From positions 1 to 64,000 of the forward strand of contig JAPDFW010000080.1 in NCBI GenBank assembly GCA_028826165.1: a DNA stretch of 64,000 bases, read 5' to 3'. Of this stretch, positions 36,501 through 50,260 are shown in pieces. The position numbers and the translations under genes were made by a program. The DNA comes from Anaeramoeba ignava BMAN. Taxonomy: Eukaryota; Protista; Anaeramoebae. How positions within the stretch are numbered: position 1 is the stretch's first letter; the number at the start of each line of letters is the position of its first letter. Under the pieces are notes generated by a model. It was not told the origin of the DNA, did no database searches, and saw nothing but the letters and a program-made list of their open reading frames with translations.

Positions 36501-39500
36501 TACTTTGAATCAAGGTAAATTAATAAATTAATAAATTAATAAATTAATAAATAAATAAATTAATAAATTAATAAATTAATAAATTAATAAATTAATAAAT
36601 TAATAAATTAATAAATTAATAAATTAATAAATTAATAAATTAATAAATTAATAAATTAATTAATTAATAAATTAATAAATTAATAAATTAATAAATAAAT
36701 AAAATTAATAAATAAATTAATAAATTAATAAATAAATAAATAAATAATAAATTAGTAAATTAATAAATTAATAAATTAATAAATTAATAAATTAATAAAT
36801 TAATAAATTAATAAATTAATAAATTAATTAATAAATTAATAAATTAATAAATTAATAAATTAATAAATTAGTAAATTAATAAATTAATAAATTAATTAAT
36901 AAATAAATAAATGATTATAATTTAATTGTTTTTTATCAATTTCAAATTTAGTTAGTGAAATTCCTATTTCAGATCAAAATAAAAGGGAAGATGAATTATT
37001 GAAGAGAATTTTATTTGAAAATTTACAAAGAGTATTTAAATACTCACCAAAAAATCCAAATATTCTTAGTATTTCTCATTTCTTTGGAGATGTATTGATT
37101 TAAATTTTAAATTGATTTAAATTTTAAATTGAATTTTTAAATTGAAATTTTATTCAAAAATAAATATCAAGATTTCTTATGATATGAATAATTTATGCAA
37201 TAATAATGAAAGTACAGCCAATGCATATTTGATATACGCACTTAAATCAAGTTCTTTCCCATTCATTGCAAATTTATTTCCAGAAGAAATTAATAATATT
37301 CAAGAAAAAGTATCACAAACTGTACTCACAAAATTTCAAAATCAAGTTCAAGAATTACAAACAAAAATCAATCAAGTTCATCGGAATTCACTTTTTTCAA
37401 TTTTCTGTTTAAGTACAAATATGTTTCAGAAATCAGATCGATTTGAATCAAAGCATGTTTCTAAACAAGTTAAATCAATGCTTTTGTGTGAATTAAGTAA
37501 AAAAAAGGATGATTTAAATTTAATTTAATTTTGATTTAATTTTGATTTAATTTAATTTGATTTTAATTTAATTTTGATTTAATTTAATTTTGATTTAATT
37601 TTAATTTAATTTAATTTTAATTTAATTTTAATTTAATTTTATTTTAATTTAATTTTGATTTGAATTTAATTTTGATTTAATTTAATTTTGATTTAATTTT
37701 GATTTAATTTTAATTTAATTTAATTTAATTTAATTTTGATTTAATTTAATTTTGATTTGATTTTAATTTAATTTTAATTTAATTTAATTTTGATTTTAAT
37801 TTTGATTTAAATTGATTTGAATTTAATTTTAATTTGATTTAATTTTGATTTTGATTTAAATTTAATTTAATTTGATTTAATTTGATTTAATTTTAATTTA
37901 ATTTTAATTTAATTTTGATTTTAATTTAATTTAATTTAATTTTGATTTAATTTTGATTTAAATTTAATTTGATTTTGATTTAATTTTGATTTAGTTTTAA
38001 TTTAATTTTGATTTTAATTTTGATTTTATTTTTATTTAATTTGATTTAATTTTGATTTAAATTGATTTGAATTTAATTTTGATTTAATTTTAATTTTGAT
38101 TTGAATTTGATTTAATTTAATTTGAATTTTGATTTAAAATTCTTACAAAAAAAGCAAAAGCAAAAAAATACGGATTCAATTACGAAGAAATTTTTAATAA
38201 TTTTGTTGATTATTTTGGAATATTAAGCAAAAAAACATGGCCAAGATATCAAGGAAATCAAAAACAAGGAGCCAAAACAATATTAGAATACATACGATTG
38301 AACGAAAAGGAATGGTATATTGGGCAAACAAAGATTTATATCAAAAAACCAGAAACTTTAATCAATTTAGAAAAAATGAGAATGATTAGATATTCTGAAT
38401 CAGCTCTTAGAATTCAAAGAGCGTATAGACGATATAAAATGAAAAATCAAACAATTCAGCTGCAAAACCAAGCAGCAAATCTTATGAACACAAAAAAGCA
38501 AAGAAGACATTTCTCAATCAATATGAAATTTATGGGGGATAATTTAAGTTATTTTCTCAACCAACCCATTCTTGAATTAATGGCCAAAAATGGTCATGAT
38601 AAGGAAAAATTATTATATTCAAACAAAGTGCATACACTTCGTTTCTCGAAATTTCGCCACAAACCAAAACGCCAAGATAGAGACTTGATTTTGACACAAC
38701 AGGGGTTGTATTTGATTGGGGTTTTTCGGATCAAAACCAAAAAACGCAAAATATTTGCTCTAAAATTTGATAAACACACACCCCTTTCAAATATTAAATC
38801 TGTGCATCTTTCAAAACTGGCAGATTCTTTTGTTTTGTTTAAATTGATTGATGATGATATTTTGATTGAGGATGATAAGAAAACAGAGTTAATTTCGATT
38901 CTTGTTCAATTCCAACGTTTACAAGAAAATGATTTACAAGTTGTTTTTAATAATGAAATGGAATTGAATCAAAAATCTAAGCGAATTCGCAATATTAGAT
39001 TTGAAACAAATTCAAGATCAAATGTGATATTGCCTCTATTGAAAGTGAAAAATAAAGTATTAATTGTATCAGTTGGCTCAGGTTTAGATGCTCAAAAAAT
39101 TGTTAATAATCCAAATATTCAAGAATTATCGTTAGAAAATCAATCTGAATCAAATGTTCAAAATTTTAACCAAGCAATGAGTATTAAAGAGATTAAAAAT
39201 TTAACAAATATAAATAAGAATGAAATTTTAAATGAAATTATGAATGAGAATATAAATGAGGATATAAATGAAGATATAGATGAAAATATAAATCAAAATC
39301 CTATTCAAAATCAAAATCAATCACAAAATTCAAATGAAATTATAATTGAAGATGTATTTGAAAATCCAAATCAACTTCAATTCCCACCTAAACCTCAAAT
39401 TCAAATTCCACCTAAACCTCAAATTCAAATTCCACCTAAACCTAAGATTCAAAATCAAAATCAAAATCAAAATCAAAATCAAAATCCTATTCAAAATCAA

Positions 39501-41354
39501 TTACAAAATTCAAATGAAATTATAATTGAAGATGTATTTGAAAATCCAAATCAATTTCAACTCCCACCTAAACCTCAAATTCAAATTCCACCTAAACCTC
39601 AAATTCAGATACCACCTAAACCTCAAATTCAAATTCCACCTAAACCTAAGATTCAAAATCAAAATCAAAATCAAAATCAAAATCAAAATCAAAATCAAAA
39701 TCAAAATCAAAATCAAAATCAAAATCAAAATCTATTCAAAATCAAAATCAATTACAAAATTCAAATGAAATTATAATTGAAGATGTATTTGAAAATCCAA
39801 ATCAATTTCAACTCCCACCTAAACCTAAAATTCAAATACCACCTAAACCTCAAATTCAAATTCCACCTAAACCTAAGATTCAAAATCAAAATCAAAATCC
39901 AAATGAAATTATAATTGAAGATGTATTCGAAAATCCTAATCAAAATCAAAATCAAAATCCAAATGAAATTATAATTGAAGATGTATTCGAAAATCCTAAT
40001 CAAAATCAAAATCAAAATCAAAATCAAAATCAAAATCAAAATCAAAACCAAAATCAAAATCAAAATGAAAATCAAAATATAAAATCAAAATAATGAAAAT
40101 CAAAAATCAAAACATAAATCAAAAATTCAAATGAAAATATAAATCAAAAATAAACAAAATCAAAATCAAAATATAATTGAAATGAAAATCAAAATAAAAA
40201 TCAAAACCAACTTCAAAATCAAAATAAAATCAAATTCAAATTCAAAAATTCAAAATGAAAAAATATAAATCAAATTATCAAACAAACAAAAATCAAAATA
40301 TTCAAAAAAATGAAAATGAAATAATCAAAAGATGTATTTGAAAATCCTAATCAAAATCAAAATCAAAATCAAATTCAAAATATAAATCAAAATCAAAATA
40401 TAAATCAAAATAAAAATCAAATTCAAAATGAAAATCAAAATCAAAATATAAATCAAAATCAAAATATAAATCAAAATAAAAATCAAAATATAAATCAAAA
40501 TGAAATTCAAAATCAAAATCAAAATATAAATCAAAATATAAATCAAAATATAAATCAAAATCAAAATCAAAATATAAATCAAAATCAAAATATCAATCAA
40601 AATCAAAATATAAATCAAAATAAAAATCAAAATATAAATCAAAATGAAATTCAAAATCAAAATCAAAACATAAATCAAAATATAAATCAAAATAAAATTT
40701 TATCAACAAATCCTCATACAAAATCTTCAAAGTCAATAAAACCTTCTAGAAGAAGAGCTCCAAAGCCTCCTATTCCAAAAAAACCAATTGCATGTAAATG
40801 AAATATTTATTTTAATATTTATTTTAATATTTATTTTAATATTTATTTTAATATTTATTTTAATATTTTATTTTAATATTTATTTCAATATTTATTTCAA
40901 TATTTATTTTAATATTTATTTCAATATTTATTTCAATATTTATTTCAATATTTATTTTAATATTTATTTTAATATTTATTTTTAATATTTAAATTAATAT
41001 TTAAATTAATATTTAAATTAATATTTATATTAATATTTAAATTAATATTTATATTAATATTTAAATTAATATTTATTTTAATATTTAATTTTAATATTTT
41101 AATTTTTTTTAGTTACAAAACCAGAAATTAAACCATCTTTACCAACAAATTTACAAACAAAAAATATGATTAGAATGATTGCAATGTGTGATTATGAAGG
41201 AAAATCACAAGAAGAATTGAGTTTTAAAAAATATGATATAATTAGAATTGAAAAGAAAACTGAAAATGAAATTTTATTTGGAGAATTAAAAGGAAAAAAA
41301 GGAAAATTTAATCAAAATTTAACTTTTGAAATTATTCCAATTGTTAACAAATAA
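33563..41354 (+). CDS. Long-tailed class I myosin-like protein (motor-IQ-TH1-Pro/QN-rich-SH3) with degenerate catalytic motifs
   Basis: YDLINLSKISENSITECLKKR; QTIILSGQTCSGKT; SFGNAATQENNNSTR; YFLETSRI...NERNFHI; ILDFPGYQE...INYFNEKI; KTWPRYQG...WYIGQTKIYIKKPETL; IQ motif ALRIQRAYRRY; TH1 (RDLILTQQGLYLI, LSKLADSF); PPKPQIQ repeats; SH3 AMCDYEGKSQEELSFKKYDII. Multi-exon, with frameshifts in the QN-rich tail (~39730-40330). Confidence 0.88.
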
Positions 41355-41701
41355 ATAATCTTTAATTATTATTTTTATAATTAAAACAAAATAAAAATAA
41401 GAAAAAGAAGAAAAAGAAGAAAACTAAAATTTTTATTTGTCATTTTTAATTAAAAAAAAATCAAAAAAAAAATCAAAAAACGTTTTATTTTCTTTTAAAA
41501 AAAGTATTTTGAAAAATTAATTAAAAAAAAAATTAAAAATAAATTAAAAAAACTCAAAATCATTTTTTTTCTTTCTTTTTCTTTTAATTTCTTTTTTTTT
41601 CAACTTTTTCCTTTTTACTTTTTTTTTTCAATTCCTAAATTTTTTCTCTTTTATAAAACAAACAAAAATTAAAAAAAAAAAAATCAAAACAAATTTTAAC
41701 A

Positions 41702-43145
41702 ATGACAACTTATAATGAATATGATCATTTATTTAAAATCTTACTAATTGGAGATTCTGGTAACAAAAAAAAAATTCAAAAAAAAATGAATAAAAAAAAT
41801 TTTTTAATGAAAATTCCAATTCATTTTAATTTTAATTCATTTAATTACAAAAAAATTCAATTAAAAAATATCAAGGTGTTGGTAAAAGTTGTATGCTTCT
41901 CCGTTTTTCTGTATGTTTATTTTTGTAGAATTTATTTAAATTGTTTTTATTTATTTTATTTTTTTTTTTAAAAAAAAAAAGGATAATACATTTATGGATT
42001 CTTATATTAGTACAATTGGCGTTGATTTCGTAAATTGCAAATTCACAACTCCAATTAAAATTTATTTCAAAATAAAATTACAATTAAAATTAAAATTAAA
42101 ATTAAAAAAATTAAAAATAAAATTAAAATTAAAATTAAAATTAAAATTTAAAATTAAAATTAAAATTAAAATTAAAATTAAAATCAAAATTAAAATCAAA
42201 ATTAAAATCAAAAATTAAAATTAAAATTCATTTATAATATTAAAATTCATTTATAAAATTAAAATTAAAATTAAAATTAAAATTCATTTATAAAATTCAT
42301 TTCAAAATTCATTTCAAAATTAAAATTAAAATCAAAATTAAAATCAAAATTAATATTAAAATTAAAATTAAAATTAAAATTAATATTAAAATTAAAATTA
42401 AAATTAAAATTAAAATTAGAATTAAAATTAAAATTAAAATTAATATTAATATTAATATTAAAATTAAAATTAAAAATTAAAATTAAAATTAAAATTAAAA
42501 TTGAAAATTGTTTAGAAAATTCGAATGATCGAACTTGATGGAAAGAAAATCAAAATGCAAATTGTAAATAAAATTAAAATTCATTTCAAATTTAAAATTA
42601 AAATTAAAATTAAAATTCATTTCAAAATTAAAATTAAAAGTGGGATACAGCAGGACAAGAAAGATTTAGAACAATTACAAGTAGTTATTATCGGTAAAAA
42701 AAGAAAATAAAAGAAATTATTAAAAAGAATATTAATTGAAAAAAAAAAATATCAAAATAATAATAAATACAGTGGATCACATGGAATTATAATTGTTTAT
42801 GATGTAACAAATCAAGAATCATTTGATAACTTGCAAATGTGGATTCAAGAAATTCAAAAATACGGAGAAAAAAACGTTGCCAAATTAATAGTTGGAAATA
42901 AAGCAGATCTTGTTGATAAAAAAGTAATTTCAACCGAAAAAGCAAAATCAGTTGCAGATTCTTTTGGAATTCCTTGGCTTGAAACTTCAGCTAAAAATTC
43001 AACTGGAATTGAACAAGCTTTTCTTAAACTTGCTGAAACTATCAAAGAAACTCAAGATATTTCAAAACCAAAACAAACTAAACCTTCAATTTCTGTTGTT
43101 GGAACTGGAAAACCCAAAAAGAAATCAAAATGTGTCAATTTTTAA
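41702..43145 (+). CDS. RAB1: Rab1/Ypt1-like small GTPase; 6 exons
   Basis: EYDHLFKILLIGDSG|VGKSCMLLRFS|DNTFMDSYISTIGVDF|KIRMIELDGKKIKMQI|WDTAGQERFRTITSSYYR|GSHGIIIVYDVT...GNKAD...ETSAKNS; ends KKKSKCVNF. Confidence 0.9.
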
Positions 43146-43445
43146 CTTCCCTTTCATTTAAATTCTCATCTAGCAAAAAATAATTCTCATTTCAAAATTT
43201 ATTCCTCTTTTTTTTTTTTTGCTTCCTTTTCTCTTTTCTTTTTTTTTTTCATTCTTGTTTTTGCTTTTTTTTTTTTGGAAGCAAATTTTTTTTTGCTTTT
43301 TTTCCTTTTTTCTTTTTTCCTTTCTTCAGTTTTCAAATCAATTTGGTTCTGTTTTTCAAACTAAAATTCAAAAAATCCAAAAATCTAAAAAAAAATAAAA
43401 AAAGAAAAATTAATTTTCCATTTAATTTTCTATTTATTTTTCTAT

Positions 43446-44111
43446 TTATTTTTTTTGATTAAAATTTCTTTTTCTTCTTTTATTTTTTGGATTAACTTTT
43501 TTTTTCGTTTCAAATTCTTTTTTTTCATTTAAATTTTCATTATTTAAACTTAATTCAATTAATTTTTCAGAATTTTCTATTTTTTCTCCTTCTTTTGAAA
43601 CAAAAATTAAACTTGGATTAGCAGAAGAAAGAATAAATAAAGAAAAACTTAAAGAATAACATTCTTGGAATAAAGTCAGTAAATCATTTTGATTTAAATT
43701 TTGATCGATTGAATTAACTTGAAAAAAATGTTCAATTAAATTTTCAATTTCTGTTGAATTTCTTTCCAAAGAAGAAAAAGAACGAAGAATAAATCCATTT
43801 AAATCAAGAAGTTGTGAACATTTTTCACAAACAAATCGTGGTTCAATAAATTTATATTGTGATTTTTTCCAATCAATTTCAAAAATCAGTTGAATTTTTA
43901 ATTCATTAAATTCTTCTTCAATATTTTCTTTTTTTTCACAATAAAAACATTTAAAATTTGTTTTTGATTTTTTTGATTTTGTTTTAATTTTTTCGAAAAT
44001 TTCATCTTTAATTTTTTCTGAAATTGTAAATTGTTTTGGAATAATTAATGGTGATAATTTTGGCGCAATTTTTTTAACTCTTTGATTCATTTGAAAACAT
44101 TTTAAATTCAT
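43446..44111 (-). CDS. Hypothetical 221-aa protein with two CxxC pairs (Zn-binding, possibly degenerate HNH-like) and a basic C-terminus
   Basis: Intact intronless ORF; CFYC...FVCEKC; KNKRRKRNF NLS-like tail. Confidence 0.6.
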   Translation of the reverse strand: MNLKCFQMNQRVKKIAPKLSPLIIPKQFTISEKIKDEIFEKIKTKSKKSKTNFKCFYCEKKENIEEEFNELKIQLIFEIDWKKSQYKFIEPRFVCEKCSQLLDLNGFILRSFSSLERNSTEIENLIEHFFQVNSIDQNLNQNDLLTLFQECYSLSFSLFILSSANPSLIFVSKEGEKIENSEKLIELSLNNENLNEKKEFETKKKVNPKNKRRKRNFNQKK

Positions 44112-44270
44112 TTTTAAAAAATGAAAAATGAAAAATGAAAAATGAAAAATGAAAAAATTTTTTTTCTAATTTTAATTTTTATTATTTTTTTTTTTGGAAT
44201 TTAAAAGAAAATTGATTTGTTTTTTTTTTGAATTAAAAATAAAAATAAAAGTTATTTAATTGATTATAAA

Positions 44271-46996
44271 TTATTTTCTTTGTTGATACAATTGAATCAA
44301 CGTTTGAATTTTAGATTTTTGTTCATCATTTAATTTTTCGAATTCTTCAGAAGTTAAAGATTTTAATTTTGAAATCAACCATTGAAACTCAGCATTTTGA
44401 GGGTCATTTTCATTAATAGGATTTTGATTTAAATTTTGGATTGAATTTTGGATTGAATTTTGATTTAAATTTTGAATTGGATTTTGAATTGGATTTTGAT
44501 TTAAATTTTGAATTAAATTTTGATTTGGATTTTGAATTGGATTTTGAATTAAATTTTGATTTGGATTTTGATTTGGATTTTGGATCATAGGATTAAAATA
44601 TGGTGGCAACACAGGATTTGTTGGATTTAAAGGAAAATGCATTAATGGATTTGGAATATTTAAAGGTTGATTTATTTCTGAAAATTGAGGTTTATTTAAA
44701 GTTGGTAAAATATTTGGATTAATTGTTCCTAATATTAATTGTGCATGAAATAATCCATGTGCTAATTGTGGATAACGAACTAAAAGTTTGTTTGCTTGTT
44801 CAAGGTTTTGTTGTATTAATTGTTTCATTTCTATCATAATTGAACATATTTCTTCTATAGTCATTGATGATATTGTTGATACTATTGCTTCAATTCCCTT
44901 TAAATTTTATAAATGAATTTTTTAATGAATTTTATAAATGAATTTTTAAATGAATTTTTAATGAATTTTTAAATGAATTTTTTAATGAATTTTTAAATGA
45001 ATTTTTAATTGAATTTTTAAATGAATTTTAATTACATTATCAGGACCTTGTGAAATTTGATCTGGTTTTTGAAAATTAGGAGGGATATTATTAGGAAAAA
45101 AAGGAATATTTTGACCATTTAAAGGATTAGATATTTTAGGAGGAATATTTGGGTTTAATTGAGGAATTTTTTTGTCATTTGGATCACTAAATAAATATTA
45201 AATTAATAAATAAATATTAAATTAAATATTAAATTAAATATTAAATTAATATTAAAATAAATATTGAAATAAATATTAAAATAAATATTAAAATAAATAT
45301 TAAATTAAATATTAAAATAAATATTAAATTAAATATTAAAATAAATATTAAATTAAATATTAAATTAAATATTAAATAAATATTAAAATAAATATTGAAA
45401 TAAATATTAAAATAAATATTAAATTAAATATTAAATAAAATATTAAAATAAATATTAAAATAAATATTAAATTAAATATTAAAATAAATATTAAAATAAA
45501 TATTAAAATAATAAATATTGAAATAAATATTAAAATAAATATTAAATTAAATATTAAATTAAATATTAAAATAAATATTAAATTAAATATTAAAATAAAT
45601 ATTGTAAATTAAATATTAAAATAAATATTAAATTAAATATTAAAAATAAATATTAAAATAAATATTATAATAAATATTAAAATAAATATTAAATTAAATA
45701 TTAAAATAAATATTAAATTAAATATTAAAATAAATATTAAAATAAATATTAAAATAAAAATAAAATTAAATATTAAAATAAATATTAAATTAAATATTAA
45801 AATAAATATTAAATTAAATATTAAATTAAATATTAAAATAAATATTAAATTAAATATTAAATTAAATTTTTAAAATAAATATTTAAATAAATATTAAAAT
45901 AAATTTTAAATTAAATATTAAAATAAATTTTAAATTAAATATTAAAATAAATATTAAAAATAAATATTAAAAATAAATTTTTAAAATAAATATTAAAATA
46001 AATATTAAAATAAATATTAAAAATAAATATTAAATTAAATATTAAATTAAATATTAAAATAAATATTAAAATAAATATTGAAATAAATATTATAATAAAT
46101 ATTTAAAATTAAAATATTAAAATAAATATTAAATTAAATATTAAATTAAATATTAAATTAAATATTAAAATAAATATTAAAATAAATATTGTAATAAATA
46201 TTGAAATAAATATTTAAATAAATATTAAAATAAATATTAAAATAAATATTAAATTAAATATTAAATTAAAATTAAAAAAAAAATATTAAAATAAATATTA
46301 AAAATAAATATTAAAATAAATATTGAAATAAATATTAAAATAAATATTAAATTAAATTTTAAAATAAATATTAAAAATAAATATTAAAATAAATATTAAA
46401 AATAAATAATAAAATAAATATTAAAATTTTAAATTAAATATTAAATTAAATATTAAAATAAATATTAAAATAAATATTAAAATAAATATTAAAATAAATA
46501 TTATAATAAATATTATAATAAATATTAAAATAAATATTAAAATAAATATTAAAATAAATATTAAAATAAATATTAAAATAAATATTAAAATAAATATTAA
46601 AATAAATATTAAAATAAATATTAAAATAAATATTAAAATAAATATTAAAATAAATATTGAAATAAATATTAAATAGAAAAATAACTTTTGTTCTAAAAAA
46701 GGATTTAAAGATCTTGAATCTTCAATTTCATGAATATTATCATTTGTAACATGTTCTAATTTCAAAACTCTCTTTTTAATTTCTAGATGGGTTAAATTTC
46801 TAATAGCACTATTTGCAGTCTCAGGATCATGAAATTCACAGTAACCCATTCCTTTAGATCTTCCTGATTTGTCAAAAACAAGATGAAATGATCTTACTGG
46901 CCCAACTCGCTCACTGAAAATTTGTTTAAGTTCTTCTTCAGTCGTTTCAGTTGATATATTTGATACTAAAATAAATCTTGAATAATTTTTTATCAT
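44271..46996 (-). CDS. CSTF2: Cleavage stimulation factor 64-kDa subunit (CstF-64/Rna15); exons 46996-46686, 45186-45036, 44897-44271
   Basis: RRM (VGPVRSFHLVFDKSGRSKGMGYCEFHDPETANSAIRNL); hinge (MIEMKQLIQQNLEQANKLLVRYPQLAHGLFHAQLILG); C-terminal LTSEEFEKLNDEQKSKIQTL. Splice phases are consistent. Confidence 0.92.
45190..46672. repeat. 12-nt AAATATTAAAAT minisatellite in CstF-64 intron 1
   Basis: Visible tandem array, about 1.5 kb. Confidence 0.95.
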
Positions 46997-47069
46997 TTTC
47001 TTTTATTTTGGAAATTAAAAAAAATGAAAAATGAAAAATGAAAAATGAAATTTTAAAAAATGGAAAATC

Positions 47070-48200
47070 ATTTTAATATTTAAATTTAAAACATTAAATT
47101 ATTATTTTAAACATAGAATTTAATATAAATCATATTTTTAAATTAATTTATAAATTGAATATTAAATTAATTCTGTTCTTATTTTTGATATTTTTATGTT
47201 AAAAATTTAAATAAGAAAATATTTAAATCTAAAACATTAAATTATTATTTTTTTAATAATGGAATTAAATAATAAATTATATTTTTAAATTAATTTATAA
47301 ATTAAATATTAAATTAATTCTATTCTTATTTTTTATATTTATATGTTAAATATTTAAATAATAAAATATTTAAATCTAAAACATTAAATTATTATTTTTA
47401 ATAATAAAATTTAGTATTAAATTATATTTTTAAATTAATTTATAAATTAAATATTAAATTAATTCTATTCTCATTTTTTATATTTTATATGTTAAATATT
47501 TAAATAATAAAAATATTTAAATCTAAAACAATAAATTATTATTTTAAACATAGAATTTAATATAAATTATATTTTTAAATTAATTTATAAATTAAATATT
47601 AAATTAATTCTATTCTTATTTTTATATTTATATGTTAAATATTTAAATAATAAAATATTTAAATCTAAAACAATAAATTATTATTTTAATAATAAAATTT
47701 AGTTTAAAATTATATTTTCAAATTAATTTATAAATTAAATATTAAATTAAACTTATTCCCATTTTTTATATTTATATGTTAAATATTTAAATAATAAAAT
47801 ATTTAAATCTAAAACATTAAATTATTATTTTAATAATAAAATTTAGTTTAAAATTATATTTTCAAATTAATTTCTAAATTAAATATTAAATTAATTCTAT
47901 TCTTATTTTTTTATATTTATATGTTAAATATTTAAATAATAAAATATTTAAATCTAAAACAATAAATTATTATTTTAATAATAAAATTTAGTTTAAAATT
48001 ATATTTTTAAATTAATTTATAAATTAAATATTAAATTAATTCTATTCTTATTTTTATATTTTTATGTTAAATATTTAAATAATAAAATATTTAAATCTAA
48101 AACATTAAATTATTATTTTAATAATAAAATTTAGTTTAAAATTATATTTTTAAATTAATTTATAAATTAAATATTAAATTAATTCTATTTATTTTATTTA
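47070..48200. repeat. ~145-bp satellite, about 8 units, between divergent genes
   Basis: AAATCTAAAAC anchors near 47228, 47375, 47522, 47664, 47808, 47953 and 48096 (spacing 142-147). Confidence 0.93.
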
Positions 48201-48521
48201 ATTTTGTTAATGATTTAAAAAAAGAGAAAAAATGAGTAATTTTATAATAAAAATTAATAATTTTGATTTATGATTATTTAAATAAGAAAAAAAAAAATAA
48301 AAAAAATTTTTATCATTTTTTTTTTCATTTTTTTTCTTTAGCAAATTCAAATTTAAAAACAAATTAAAAATTATTAATTAATAAGTAAGATAAAAACAAA
48401 AAGCAAAAAAAAAATAAAAAAAGCAAAAGCAAAAACAAATTAAAAATTAAAAATAATAAAAAAAAATTTTTTTTTAAAAATTAAAAATAAAAATTAAAAT
48501 TAAAATTAAAATAAAAATAGC

Positions 48522-49972
48522 ATGTCAAAACCAAGAGTTTTAATTTTAGGAGGGACTGGATTCATTGGAAGAAATTTAGTAAAGTATTTAGTAGAGAATG
48601 ATTTATGTTCAAAAATTCGAGTTATTGATAAAGTGTTACCAGTGACAGCATATTTTTCAAAAGAAATTGAAGAGGCATTTCAAAAAGTTGAATACAAACA
48701 AGGAAATCTTGGAAATGAAGCTTCAATCAAGAAATGCTTTGATGATCCTGATGGTAAATTCCAAATCGTTTTTAATCTTGCTGCTGAAACTAAATATGGA
48801 CAAAGTGAAGATGTTTATCAAGAAAAAGTTCTTGATGTTGCTAAGAAATGTGCTGCTCAAGCAAAAGAAGTTGGTGTTGAAAGATATATTGAAGTTTCAA
48901 CCGCTCAAATTTATGAGTCATCCAAAGTAAGTGTCTTTTTAATTAAAATTTAAACAACAAAAAAAATTTTTTATCGTTTAAATTTTTTTTTCCTTTTTCT
49001 TTTTCAGAAACCTTCAGATGAAAATGCAAAACTTAAACCTTGGACTCATTTGGCAAAATACAAACTTCAAGCAGAAGAAGCATTAAAACAAATGCAAGTT
49101 CCTGGACTTATTATTGTAAGACCTGCAATTGTTTATGGACCAGGAGATATTCAAGGAATTTGTAAGAAATTTTGTTCATTTCTTTTTTTAATCTAAATAA
49201 TTTTTATTAATTTTTTATTTTAAATTTAAAAAGCACCAAGAATTATTACTGCTGCTGTTTACAAACAACTTAAAGAAAAGATGAAATTTTTATGGTCAGG
49301 TGATTTGAGAATGAATACTGTTCATGTTTATGATGTTTGTGCTGCTTTATGGTTGATTTCACAAAAAGGAAAAGTTGGTTCAATTTACAATCTTGCTGAC
49401 AAAAACGAAACAAGTAAAAAATCAAAAATTTTAAAAAAAAAATGAAAATGGAAATGAAAATTTAAAAAAAAATGAAAATGAAAATGAAAATGAAAATGAA
49501 AATGAAAATGAAAATGAAAAATTTCCACGAACATGAAATTTAATAAAAAATTAAAAATAATTTCCACAAACATGAAACTTATATTTCAATTCAATTTTAT
49601 TTGTAATTTTTAGATCAAAAAGCTGTTAATGTAATCCTTGAACAAATTTTCGGAATTGAAACTGGTTTTGCTGGAAACATGGCATCCACTTTTGCTAAGA
49701 TGAACATGAAAAGTGTTACTGAAGATGTGAATGAAAAACATTTAACACCATGGGCAGAATTATGCAAACAACATGGAATTTTATCAACACCTTTAACTCC
49801 TTATTTGGATCAAGAATTGTTATACAAAAATTCCCATTGTATTGATGGATCTAAGGTTGAGAAAGAATTGGGATTCCAATACAAATATCCAAAAATGACT
49901 AAGGAATTAGTTCAGGAACAACTTGATTACTTCTTGAAACTTAATCTCTTCCCTGATTTGTGGAAGAAATAG
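48522..49972 (+). CDS. NAD-dependent epimerase/dehydratase (extended SDR); 4 exons
   Basis: VLILGGTGFIGRNLV Rossmann motif; FNLAAET; VSTAQIY; LAKYKLQAEE; IVRPAIVYGPGD; TVHVYDVC. Confidence 0.9.
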
Positions 49973-50260
49973 ATCCAATAATGTTCTTCTTCTTCTTCTT
50001 CTTTCTTTTTTTCTTTCTTCTTCTTCTTCTTCCTTCATCATTTGATTCTTCTTTTCTCAATCTTAATTTTCCATTTGCTCTTTTTTTTTTTTTCCAATTC
50101 AAAATTCTAATTCGAAAATCAATTCTTTTTTGCTTTTCTTTCTTTTTTTTTTTTTCTAACTCTTTTTTTTACTAATAAAGCAAAAAAAAATATCAAAAAC
50201 AAAAACAAAAATTAATTTTCATTTTTAATTTTTAATTTTTCATTTTCATTTTTAAAATAA

